64,000 nt of DNA. Origin: a virus. Its lineage: Duplodnaviria; Caudoviricetes. The DNA lies in the IMG/VR virus record IMGVR_UViG_3300020179_000028, positions 1,287 through 65,286 of that record; one strand, given 5' to 3'. Below are positions 1 to 8,193 of this stretch, one piece after another. The first letter of the stretch is position 1, and each line of letters starts with the position of its first letter. A program made the translations under genes and the position numbers. The notes beneath the pieces were generated by a model. That model searched no databases. It had not been told where the DNA came from and saw only the letters and a program-made list of their open reading frames with translations.

Positions 1-1518
1 TAAAAGTTCTATAGATGGCATAGCAAGACGTTCTTCATATACCAACATTGCCATATCTTCATATTGTTTTTTAGATACAGATACTGTATCGGTTTTTATT
101 CCTACAGACTTAAGTTCATTTTGAATATCAAATGATTGCCACCTATCAAAAGTCACCATTCCTATATTAAATCCTAGTCTCCTAAGATTTTGTATCCATT
201 GTTTAACCTCAGATAGATTAACTGGACCTTCAGTTTTTGGTTCCCACCAAGCAACTGCATCTACAACTACAACTGGAGATATTTCTTCATAATTTTTAAT
301 AACTTGAACGCTTACCCATTTATCTACGTGTGCAATAGCAACAGCACATTTGTCATGTCTTTGTGCAAGGTCAGCATGCACATAATAAACTTTATCTGGA
401 TCAGGCTTAAAACTTGTTTCAAATCTTCTAAACTGATCTAATGGATTTCTAATGGTCATACATGAACGAACTTTATCCGCCTGCTTAAAAAATGCATCAG
501 ACGCATAGGTAGGAACACAAGCAAAACGCATCATGGCATCGCCAAGATCTGTCATAAAAGCAATTTTAAAATCATCAACCTTTCTAGTTGGGTTAACCTC
601 CCAAGTGGCTCTTTTTAATGCAAAGACTCCTGGGTATTTATAAGAACTTATCTCATCATAATCCCAAGATATTTCAAACCAATTATCTGGATCATCTTCT
701 GGAAGCAATGGATTAATTATATATCTGTGTGTTTTTGTTATAGTTTCTTTTTCTGCAATTACTGCTTCATACCGTTCAGAAATATAGTCTCCATTATATC
801 TAGGGAATGAAAGCAAAACAACCTTACCCAAATCAGGAAAACGAGAATCTACTGAGCCACGAAACGACTTGTAGATGTTTTCAGATGTCTTTCCCTGCTC
901 ATTGCCAGTTGCAACTTCAGATGCAAAACCAGAAATTTCATCAAGAACTGCAAGTAAAAGGTTTAACCCTTCATGCGATTCTCTTTCGGAATGTCCAGAA
1001 TAAACCGTAATTGATTTGTTAAATCCCATTGAGTCTACCTTTGCTTCATATTTTCCAGCAAACCAGGGAGACTTTTCAATCTTTGTTTTAAAACCTTTAA
1101 AGAAAACATTCTTTGCCTGTTGTGCGTTAATGGCAACATTAATTAAATCTATCGCATCCCCACTTGGTTTTCCAAAATATCTTGCAGGATCTTTAAGACA
1201 TAACAATTTATAGACAATATAAGCACAAGCAACAGTAGAGGTGAAGTCCTTTCCACTACCCTTTCCAAGTTGCAAAATAATTTCGTTCTTTGTATATTTT
1301 TCATAATATTCTTCTCCTTCTTTTTGCCCCATCAATTCTTGCAAATCTTCTTTACGATATATTTGACTCATGGCCTGAACAATGTCGTATTGTATATCAG
1401 ACAATTTTGGCTGTCCTAAATAATCTGCAGACTCAACAAATGTTACTACGTCTACTGGAATTTCTTCAAAATGATTATCTTTTAACGCTTCAAGAAAATC
1501 ATTAAACGTCGTGGACAA
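1..1518 (-). CDS. terL: Terminase large subunit (3' end runs off the window)
   Basis: Not in the ORF track because it has no stop in the window. Manual translation from TTG at 1518 gives MSTTFNDFLEALKD...EIILQLGKGSGKD (Walker A)...AINAQQAK...LAVLDE (Walker B), then nuclease motifs HADLA and VTFDRWQS. Confidence 0.9.
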   Translation of the reverse strand, partial: MSTTFNDFLEALKDNHFEEIPVDVVTFVESADYLGQPKLSDIQYDIVQAMSQIYRKEDLQELMGQKEGEEYYEKYTKNEIILQLGKGSGKDFTSTVACAYIVYKLLCLKDPARYFGKPSGDAIDLINVAINAQQAKNVFFKGFKTKIEKSPWFAGKYEAKVDSMGFNKSITVYSGHSERESHEGLNLLLAVLDEISGFASEVATGNEQGKTSENIYKSFRGSVDSRFPDLGKVVLLSFPRYNGDYISERYEAVIAEKETITKTHRYIINPLLPEDDPDNWFEISWDYDEISSYKYPGVFALKRATWEVNPTRKVDDFKIAFMTDLGDAMMRFACVPTYASDAFFKQADKVRSCMTIRNPLDQFRRFETSFKPDPDKVYYVHADLAQRHDKCAVAIAHVDKWVSVQVIKNYEEISPVVVVDAVAWWEPKTEGPVNLSEVKQWIQNLRRLGFNIGMVTFDRWQSFDIQNELKSVGIKTDTVSVSKKQYEDMAMLVYEERLAMPSIELL

Positions 1519-2041
1519 TTGTAATTACCTCATCTTTTTTGGCAATATCAGAAAGCCTACGCATAATTTCGTCACGAACATCTGGATATTCTGAGGCTAT
1601 GTCACGAAGAATAGCCATCAGTACGTCTTGTTTCTTTTCAATTTGCAACATTTCTTCTGCCAGTTCTTTGTTTTCAAGCAGCCCTGCCTTTTGAAGCATG
1701 TCAATTCTTTTGGACTCAATATCCATTACTAGTTTAATTGCTTGTGTTTTTGCGCCAAGATTATTGTTTAGTGATGCCTCGTCAATAACTTCGTATGACT
1801 TAGAAATCAGTTTATTGTAATGTGTATCAGCAATAGCCAATGCTTCTTTAGCACGAGCACGGATTGCGTCATTAGCGGAGGCCATGACCTTCCATTCGTT
1901 TATATGTTGGACAACACGACCTCTTGGGATTTCTAAATCTTTAGATATTTTTGTTGGATCATTACCCTTAAGATATTCACCAACGACAGTATTTAACTCA
2001 TCAAGATGATTAATTAAGTCTTCTTCAGTTGACATTTTCAT
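1502..2041 (-). CDS. Probable terminase small subunit (N-terminal HTH, helical)
   Basis: Directly upstream of and overlapping terL. HTH-like PTKISKDLEIPRGRV followed by coiled coil. Confidence 0.6.
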   Translation of the reverse strand: MKMSTEEDLINHLDELNTVVGEYLKGNDPTKISKDLEIPRGRVVQHINEWKVMASANDAIRARAKEALAIADTHYNKLISKSYEVIDEASLNNNLGAKTQAIKLVMDIESKRIDMLQKAGLLENKELAEEMLQIEKKQDVLMAILRDIASEYPDVRDEIMRRLSDIAKKDEVITIVHDV

Positions 2042-2360
2042 CCTTTGCTATCTTTAATAATACCAAATATCCAATTAAATCATCAATATCGTTATCTCCA
2101 ACATATTCTGTACCACGCATAATCCTGCTTAATTTGTCATCAATACGAACATGCAACTGTTCTCTTGCGTCTGCCTTACTAAAAATACGAATAGGTTCTA
2201 ATGCAGAGTTTCCATATGAAATGTTTTTTCTGATAAGCATGTGTGCAAGATTTAGGCAGGCATCAAGAATCTGTTTTCCAGCACTAGTGCCAACAGTAAG
2301 CAAATATAGATCGTTAAAATTAAAAACTTTTGAATCAGGGAATACTGGCTTTAGACTCAT
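2025..2360 (-). CDS. DUF1599/Nmad1-like (nucleotide-modification-associated, MazG-like helical) protein
   Basis: Motif KNxxYGNS...RIDDKLSRI...DDLIGYLVL. Confidence 0.7.
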   Translation of the reverse strand: MSLKPVFPDSKVFNFNDLYLLTVGTSAGKQILDACLNLAHMLIRKNISYGNSALEPIRIFSKADAREQLHVRIDDKLSRIMRGTEYVGDNDIDDLIGYLVLLKIAKDENVN

Positions 2361-2512
2361 CTCTTTGACCTCCTTAATCCAAATTTAGCAAGATACACGT
2401 AAATAGTTTCCACGCTTACCCCGCATTCTTTTGCTATGGCCTCTGGAGATTTTTTATCAATATGATATCTCTTTTTAAGCCACAATTCGCTTGTGTATAG
2501 TTTAGCAGACAT
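2357..2512 (-). CDS. Small HTH protein, 51 aa
   Basis: Manual ORF MSAKLYTSELWLKKRYHIDKKSPEAIAKECGVSVETIYVYLAKFGLRRSKR, with an ATGA overlap to the next gene. Confidence 0.7.
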   Translation of the reverse strand: MSAKLYTSELWLKKRYHIDKKSPEAIAKECGVSVETIYVYLAKFGLRRSKR

Positions 2513-2533
2513 AATATTAATTGTCAACTCCTT

Positions 2534-3241
2534 TCATATACCGTTATCCTCCATATATTTCAATCTCTCTGTGTATGAGTCAAACGCAGGCCCACCTTCA
2601 TTTTCCATGTTCATAATGTCATAATGATATGCATCCGAATCCTCTGTGACCCATTTAGAGGCATCCTCAACATCCCATTTACGATTAGAATTAATTAATC
2701 TATGAATCAATGGCTTACCAATCTTTGTAGTAAAAGATGGTTCCAATATAAATACACGGTTGTTAGGTTGAATCGCAAAGTTTCCGTCGTCTCTTTGAAT
2801 AACATGACCACACTTATGTTGTCCAGGAGTTTCCGAATACCCATCATCTAAACTATTACCATCCCCACCGTACCAGTCAAGAGTAAATAAATATTTACCA
2901 CTTATCTTAGTTTTAGTTCTATCAGTATAATACATCTTCAAATTTGTAAGCCCCGAAAATTTTGTGACGGTAACAAAAGGACTAAACGAATTCCACAATA
3001 CTAAGTTATGTATATCTTCCTCTGGTACTCCAGGCTCAGTACAAAAAGCACTAACAGGCATTCTCCACCATAGTCCACCATCTTCCATCATAAAGTGAAA
3101 TAGTGGGCTTCGGTTTGGTACGCTGGATACGCCAAATATTACACAAGGGAAATATTGCTCATGACTATCTTTTTGATTTCTTAAATAGTTTCCACGAACA
3201 TAGCATTCAATAGGTGGGATGTTGGCGTTTAATTCTGGCAT
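2534..3241 (-). CDS. Hypothetical phage protein
   Basis: Long ORF. Likely start is MPELNANIPP at 3241 (TAATG coupling). Contains HKCGH and QPNNR motifs. Confidence 0.7.
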   Translation of the reverse strand: MPELNANIPPIECYVRGNYLRNQKDSHEQYFPCVIFGVSSVPNRSPLFHFMMEDGGLWWRMPVSAFCTEPGVPEEDIHNLVLWNSFSPFVTVTKFSGLTNLKMYYTDRTKTKISGKYLFTLDWYGGDGNSLDDGYSETPGQHKCGHVIQRDDGNFAIQPNNRVFILEPSFTTKIGKPLIHRLINSNRKWDVEDASKWVTEDSDAYHYDIMNMENEGGPAFDSYTERLKYMEDNGI

Positions 3242-3843
3242 TATTGCACTGCCTTTTCCCAATTATTTATTGCCCAATGACCGATACCTGCTGAGTCTGC
3301 AACATCGTTGTCTGTTATTTTTTTATCATAAAAAATACCTAATAATTTTATTGTTCTTTGCTTTCTAAATTCTCTTTCGTATGCCTTATACCATGATAAT
3401 GATTTACCTGGATTGGCAGATCTAATCTGCAATTGCTCTTCTTTAGTTAATTTTTTGTTACCTAAATACGATTGCCAAGTTATTGGAGATACTTTTCCAA
3501 TAATTTTAAGATTAGACAAACCTGCGCCACCTATAATTGCTCCCTGTACAAGAGCAAGATCTGCTGCAGTTTTGGGGGAATTCATAAAAACCGTATGCTC
3601 AATAACAATAGCCTCAACTAAATTATAATAATCAAATAAGGCTTTTGTTTTTTTAGTAGCATCAATAACTTTAGCATAAATATCTTTGCCCTCAAACATG
3701 ATCTTTCCGTGATCTGTTAATCTTTTATACGAGTATATGGTAAATGCTAAACTACTTGTGCTGGCATCAATTGCACAAATAACACCAGGCTGAGTAGACA
3801 ACTCTGGCTTAAAATATCTATCTGTTTCTTTTGCTCTTGTCAT
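3241..3843 (-). CDS. ruvC: RuvC-like Holliday junction resolvase
   Basis: RNase H-fold acidic residues: CAIDASTSSLAF...IVIEH...DNDVADS. Confidence 0.75.
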   Translation of the reverse strand: MTRAKETDRYFKPELSTQPGVICAIDASTSSLAFTIYSYKRLTDHGKIMFEGKDIYAKVIDATKKTKALFDYYNLVEAIVIEHTVFMNSPKTAADLALVQGAIIGGAGLSNLKIIGKVSPITWQSYLGNKKLTKEEQLQIRSANPGKSLSWYKAYEREFRKQRTIKLLGIFYDKKITDNDVADSAGIGHWAINNWEKAVQ

Positions 3844-4114
3844 TTGACAAATCCTTAATTTCCTTGATTGCTTTTTTTACATCTATTGGATTTATAGAAC
3901 ATCTTGTGCATAGCAAATCATCGTTATATATTGATAACCTAGATCCACAATCTCTACACATTCTATTTTTTCCTTTTCTTTTTTGTCTTTTTGTTTGTAT
4001 GTATCTTTGTGCAATTTTTTCTTTAGTAGCAGTCTCTCTACATTGTTCTGAACAATATATTTGATATGAAACTATTGATTCAAAGTCATTGTCACACCAT
4101 TTACAATTCTTCAT
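3818..4114 (-). CDS. Zn-finger protein
   Basis: CxxC...YCSxxC...CxxC...CxxC. Confidence 0.65.
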   Translation of the reverse strand: MKNCKWCDNDFESIVSYQIYCSEQCRETATKEKIAQRYIQTKRQKRKGKNRMCRDCGSRLSIYNDDLLCTRCSINPIDVKKAIKEIKDLSNDKSKRNR

Positions 4115-4961
4115 CTTTTAGCAACTCCAGAGGTTTAATTTTAATTACCCCTGTCTCTGCTTCAGCGCATGCTTTTTGAATTGGACAAACCTTACATGTT
4201 TTAGAATTAGATCTATATGGCTTCTGTGGAAGTTCCTTATTTTTCCAACTCTCGTATACTTTTTTCATCCAATCAAATGCCTGGTCTACCCACCGACGGT
4301 AATGATCGTTTACTAATACTGGTAAAGTTAACAACTTATGATCATTTTTATTTTCATAAATTATAACACCCTTGCCAATTTTCCAAACCTTCATATACAT
4401 TAATAACTGCATAAGATGAGCCAACTTGGGATTTCTAGTTCTCTTCTTATACTCAAATCCATCACTAGATATTACTTTAATTTCTCCAATGACACGTTCT
4501 TCGTTTATATTTAACATTACATCGCCATAACCATCAAATGGTGGATCTTCTGTTTTTACTCTAAACTCCATTGCTGGGTGTGTTTGTTTGTTATATTTTC
4601 TTTCTAGAGGATCAAACTCCATTGTTTCATCAAGAAGACCAGATGCTTTTATTGCTTCTTGAATTCTTTCATGACCCAAAGATCCATTAGTCCTATTTGC
4701 AACTCCATATGCGTCTGAATTGTCATAATGCACTGCTCCATCAAAAGCAAGATACCAGTATCTAGGACATTCTCCAGCACCATAAGTTAATGCAGATGCA
4801 GAAAAATTACTTTTTTTAGTAAACTTTGGTTTTGTTTTTGTCATATATCCAGAATTTATTTTGTCAATTATTCCGTCAACAAAACTTACATCTTCTTGTG
4901 ATACATTTTTCTTTTTCTTTGGATCTCTTGTCATTACTTGTTGTAATAAATTTTTAGCCAT
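4101..4961 (-). CDS. Cas4/RecB-like PD-(D/E)XK exonuclease with Fe-S cluster
   Basis: CPRYWY, GYGD...GEIK, QLLMY, C-terminal CKVCPIQKAC. Confidence 0.8.
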   Translation of the reverse strand: MAKNLLQQVMTRDPKKKKNVSQEDVSFVDGIIDKINSGYMTKTKPKFTKKSNFSASALTYGAGECPRYWYLAFDGAVHYDNSDAYGVANRTNGSLGHERIQEAIKASGLLDETMEFDPLERKYNKQTHPAMEFRVKTEDPPFDGYGDVMLNINEERVIGEIKVISSDGFEYKKRTRNPKLAHLMQLLMYMKVWKIGKGVIIYENKNDHKLLTLPVLVNDHYRRWVDQAFDWMKKVYESWKNKELPQKPYRSNSKTCKVCPIQKACAEAETGVIKIKPLELLKDEEL

Positions 4962-4997
4962 GTCTTATTCCTTTGTTTAAATTAATTATATCAGATA

Positions 4998-5303
4998 TCA
5001 GCGAATTATGTATTTTAGTGCAGATACTAGATTATTTATTGACTCTGCTGCAGTGTAATATATATTTTTTTTACTGCGGTTAGACTTATCCACGTTGGCC
5101 ATCCAAGTGGCACGTAGTGCCATTTTAGATGCTATTGCCTGAAGTCTAACGATTTCTAAAGTGGCAACATTCATAGGAATGTCTGGCTTTAGTATTAGTT
5201 TTGCAATTACAGTAAGTGCTGTAGTCAGTTCTTCATCTTTCATGTACTCTGATATTTCTGAGAGTCCATTTATCATTTCTATTGTAGTTTGTTGTTGTTC
5301 CAT
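4998..5303 (-). CDS. Hypothetical helical protein
   Basis: ORF with likely start MEQQQ at 5303 (TAATG coupling). Confidence 0.6.
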   Translation of the reverse strand: MEQQQTTIEMINGLSEISEYMKDEELTTALTVIAKLILKPDIPMNVATLEIVRLQAIASKMALRATWMANVDKSNRSKKNIYYTAAESINNLVSALKYIIR

Positions 5304-6091
5304 TATCCCATCGATTCTGTTGATATTCCGTCTTGTAAACCATCTTTTGCCCACAAATTAAAAGCAGCCTGCATGTCTGTCCTTGCTTGTAATTTATCTA
5401 AATACTCTTTTCTTTTCTCTGGATATTTTTCTGGATCTATTGGATTTTCTTCCTTGGTAAATCTATAACTATTAATAGGACAATAATCCATACTAATAAT
5501 TTCACAGAATTCTCCTTCTTTAAACTTCCGTTTTGGTCTCCAATGTATTTGATTTACTGCGCTAAATACTATGGTTTGTCCTGCTCCAAGAGTATACCTG
5601 GTAAAATTTTTAGTATCATTCCAGTTTCCAACATATAAATCCCACTCTATATTTGTATCTGGACAGTAATTAACTGTTACTAAATTTTCATCTGCATCTA
5701 AATGCGGTGGCAATGCTGGACTATTATCCCCATAGCCATACTTTAAGTTATAATCTATATAATTCCAATGACACAATGCTATGTCTTCTTTATACAATGG
5801 CTTTGCAATTTTGTCTAAAACTGCCTCGCAATCTTCTGGCATATCAAATTCAACTAAAACTCTTGACATATTCTTTGCTATCTTAGGCTGAAACCTACTC
5901 TTAAATGGAGATTTTCTAATATATCCGTCTTCTATTCTATCTCCTATAACAAAAGGTTCAAGTTTACGATTTTCTTGAATTAAATTCATTATCCTTTTCT
6001 TTTGATCTTCTGTAAATAAATTGTCTACATAAAAAGGCAATGGCTTATTATATTTGTCAAACCCAGTTAAATAATTATGAAGTTGAGCCAT
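5303..6091 (-). CDS. 2OG-Fe(II) oxygenase-like protein (HxD...HWR type)
   Basis: PALPPHLD...WDLYV...QTIVFSAVNQIHWR. Paralog of the adjacent gene. Likely start MAQLHN at 6091. Confidence 0.7.
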   Translation of the reverse strand: MAQLHNYLTGFDKYNKPLPFYVDNLFTEDQKKRIMNLIQENRKLEPFVIGDRIEDGYIRKSPFKSRFQPKIAKNMSRVLVEFDMPEDCEAVLDKIAKPLYKEDIALCHWNYIDYNLKYGYGDNSPALPPHLDADENLVTVNYCPDTNIEWDLYVGNWNDTKNFTRYTLGAGQTIVFSAVNQIHWRPKRKFKEGEFCEIISMDYCPINSYRFTKEENPIDPEKYPEKRKEYLDKLQARTDMQAAFNLWAKDGLQDGISTESMG

Positions 6092-6692
6092 TTGTCCACC
6101 CCCCTGCATCAAAATATGCTTTACGATATTTATCAACTTTTTCATCCATAATTTTATTTAAGCCTTCTTCTTTTGGACCAGAGTTTGGATCTGAGAAGTG
6201 GCAAAAAACCATTTCTACAAAATTGCCGTCTTTAAACTCAGTTGGCTTTCTCCAATGTACTTGATGTGTTCCACTAAATGTTATTGCCTGGTTATCCTTT
6301 AATATAAATTCTTTGTCTGGTTCAACAAAAAGTGGCCAACTTATATTAGAACTTAACTGATAGTCAAAAGTAAATCTAGGCTCTTTAAAGGTTTCGTCAT
6401 AATGAGGAAACAGTGATGGCTTGAAATGAAATTTGCCACAATTACTAGTGACATTTTCATACCTGGCAAAACAAAATTCTGTTAATACTAGATTGTCGTT
6501 GCCACTTACTCGCCTTGCTACTTTGGTAAATTTTTTAACAACTTCTATCTCTAGTTCAATGAATAAGTTTGCTTGACAATGTTCTTGAACAAAGTTGCCA
6601 CCAGTGCTTCTAGAAATAGATTTTCTTACAGAATCTATTCCATCTTGATTTAATATATCATCTACTATTACATTATTTTCATTATGTTTCAT
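6075..6692 (-). CDS. 2OG-Fe(II) oxygenase-like protein (HxD...HWR type)
   Basis: PSLFPHYD...WPLFV...NQAITFSGTHQVHWR...FCHF. Confidence 0.7.
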   Translation of the reverse strand: MKHNENNVIVDDILNQDGIDSVRKSISRSTGGNFVQEHCQANLFIELEIEVVKKFTKVARRVSGNDNLVLTEFCFARYENVTSNCGKFHFKPSLFPHYDETFKEPRFTFDYQLSSNISWPLFVEPDKEFILKDNQAITFSGTHQVHWRKPTEFKDGNFVEMVFCHFSDPNSGPKEEGLNKIMDEKVDKYRKAYFDAGGWTNGSTS

Positions 6693-6733
6693 TTTATGTC
6701 TCCGTTTCGGATCTAAGAAGTGTCATATATATA

Positions 6734-7018
6734 TTATACCCTATCAATCAATGATTCTAATAGTTCAAATTCTAATATTGCTAATCTAGTTTTTTTGTTG
6801 CCCTCACCTAAAACAACAACTATCGCTGGATCATTATTGTTTTTAATAGCATCGGTAGTTACCTTAGCCCACACATCTTGATTTAATGTAAAAGATTTTT
6901 TATTTTCTTTAAAATCTACAGTAAAATTATTCCAAGTGGCGTCACCCTTTTTAATTCCACGTCCAGAATTTTTATGCTGCTTGGCACCAATTCTTTTGCT
7001 TTCACTTTTCTCTGTCAT
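6734..7018 (-). CDS. Small PD-(D/E)XK nuclease / Hjc-like resolvase
   Basis: E..E...NSGRG..KGDA...VDFK pattern. Confidence 0.6.
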   Translation of the reverse strand: MTEKSESKRIGAKQHKNSGRGIKKGDATWNNFTVDFKENKKSFTLNQDVWAKVTTDAIKNNNDPAIVVVLGEGNKKTRLAILEFELLESLIDRV

Positions 7019-7190
7019 TTTTTTTCCTTGTTTTATATCCTACTTTAAATAATTGACTTTCAGATAAATGTTTGTCTGGACACATCCATGTGGAAATTCC
7101 AGTAGCCATATAAACACGTATAGTCTTTACTTCTTTTTTACAAGTTTTGCAAGGAAACTTGCCTTCATAAATACTATACCTTTCGGTCAA
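7002..7190 (-). CDS. Small Zn-ribbon protein
   Basis: CKTC...CPDKH. Confidence 0.55.
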   Translation of the reverse strand: MTERYSIYEGKFPCKTCKKEVKTIRVYMATGISTWMCPDKHLSESQLFKVGYKTRKKNDREK

Positions 7191-8193
7191 CTTTATCCTT
7201 AATCATATTTTGTAGATCAAGATCCTTTCTTACTTTAGTAATAAATCCTTCTCTGCCTTGAACTTTTAAACCATCTGGCAGAAGATACCAGGCTCCTGTA
7301 CGCTCTACAATTCCCATTAGTTCAGCAGTGTCAACAAGATCGGCAATAGAATCGACGCCCAAATTGCTGCCTTTAAAATAGAAATCATATTCTCCACTTT
7401 GAAAAGATGGAGATGTTTTTGAGAACTGCAACTCCCATCGAACTTTTCTACCAATCTTTTCTTCAATTGCTTTGTCGCCAACATACAACTTGCCCTTAAT
7501 TGCTTGATTCTCTGATTCTGAAGAAAACAGTTTAATTACAGTAGATGAATAAAATTTTGTAGCCTGACCACCAGTTGGCTGTTGAATTGTATACATAGCA
7601 TTAATATTATTTCTTGATTGACTAATTAAAAGTAATAAAGTTGGCTTAACTTTGTTGTTTGCATAATTAAGCATTTTCCATGCGTTACTAAAATCACGAG
7701 ACTCTGCACCAATCTGTTTTGTATTTTCTAATTGCTTTAATTCTGTAGAATCTTTTTCAAAATAGATAGCAGGTAGTAAAGAAGTTATGGAATCTATTGC
7801 AATAATATCAACACCAGCCTCAATTAAACTTACTCCTGTTTCAACCATATCATTGATAGTTCTTGCCTGCGAAACTATTAGTTTAGATATGTCAACTCCC
7901 AACTTAGCAGCCCAATCTTTGTCATAGGACATTTCTGCATCAATCCAGGCACAGACTTTTCCCTCCGCCTGTGCATTGGCAATTGTTTGTAAGCATAATG
8001 ATGACTTAGCGCTTGATTTACTGCCCCATACTAAGACTTGCCTGCCATAGGGAAATCCACCATTTAATGCACGATTAAGTCCGTGACTGGGTGTTACTGC
8101 GTATTCTGTCTTTGGCACCTCATCTCCAACCAAAATACTTTTACGAAGTTTAGGGTTTAACTGTGCTAATACATCTTCAATACTAACTGACAT
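7174..8193 (-). CDS. recA: RecA/UvsX recombinase
   Basis: LNRALNGGFPYGR, variant Walker A GSKSSAKS, WIDAE, IAIDSIT, PTGGQATKFYSS, GAWY. Confidence 0.92.
   Translation of the reverse strand: MSVSIEDVLAQLNPKLRKSILVGDEVPKTEYAVTPSHGLNRALNGGFPYGRQVLVWGSKSSAKSSLCLQTIANAQAEGKVCAWIDAEMSYDKDWAAKLGVDISKLIVSQARTINDMVETGVSLIEAGVDIIAIDSITSLLPAIYFEKDSTELKQLENTKQIGAESRDFSNAWKMLNYANNKVKPTLLLLISQSRNNINAMYTIQQPTGGQATKFYSSTVIKLFSSESENQAIKGKLYVGDKAIEEKIGRKVRWELQFSKTSPSFQSGEYDFYFKGSNLGVDSIADLVDTAELMGIVERTGAWYLLPDGLKVQGREGFITKVRKDLDLQNMIKDKVDRKV

Noticed and set aside
4101-4961. Cas4-like gene as part of a CRISPR-Cas system
   Set aside because: No cas1, cas2 or array is present. Solo Cas4-like nucleases are common in phage recombination modules.
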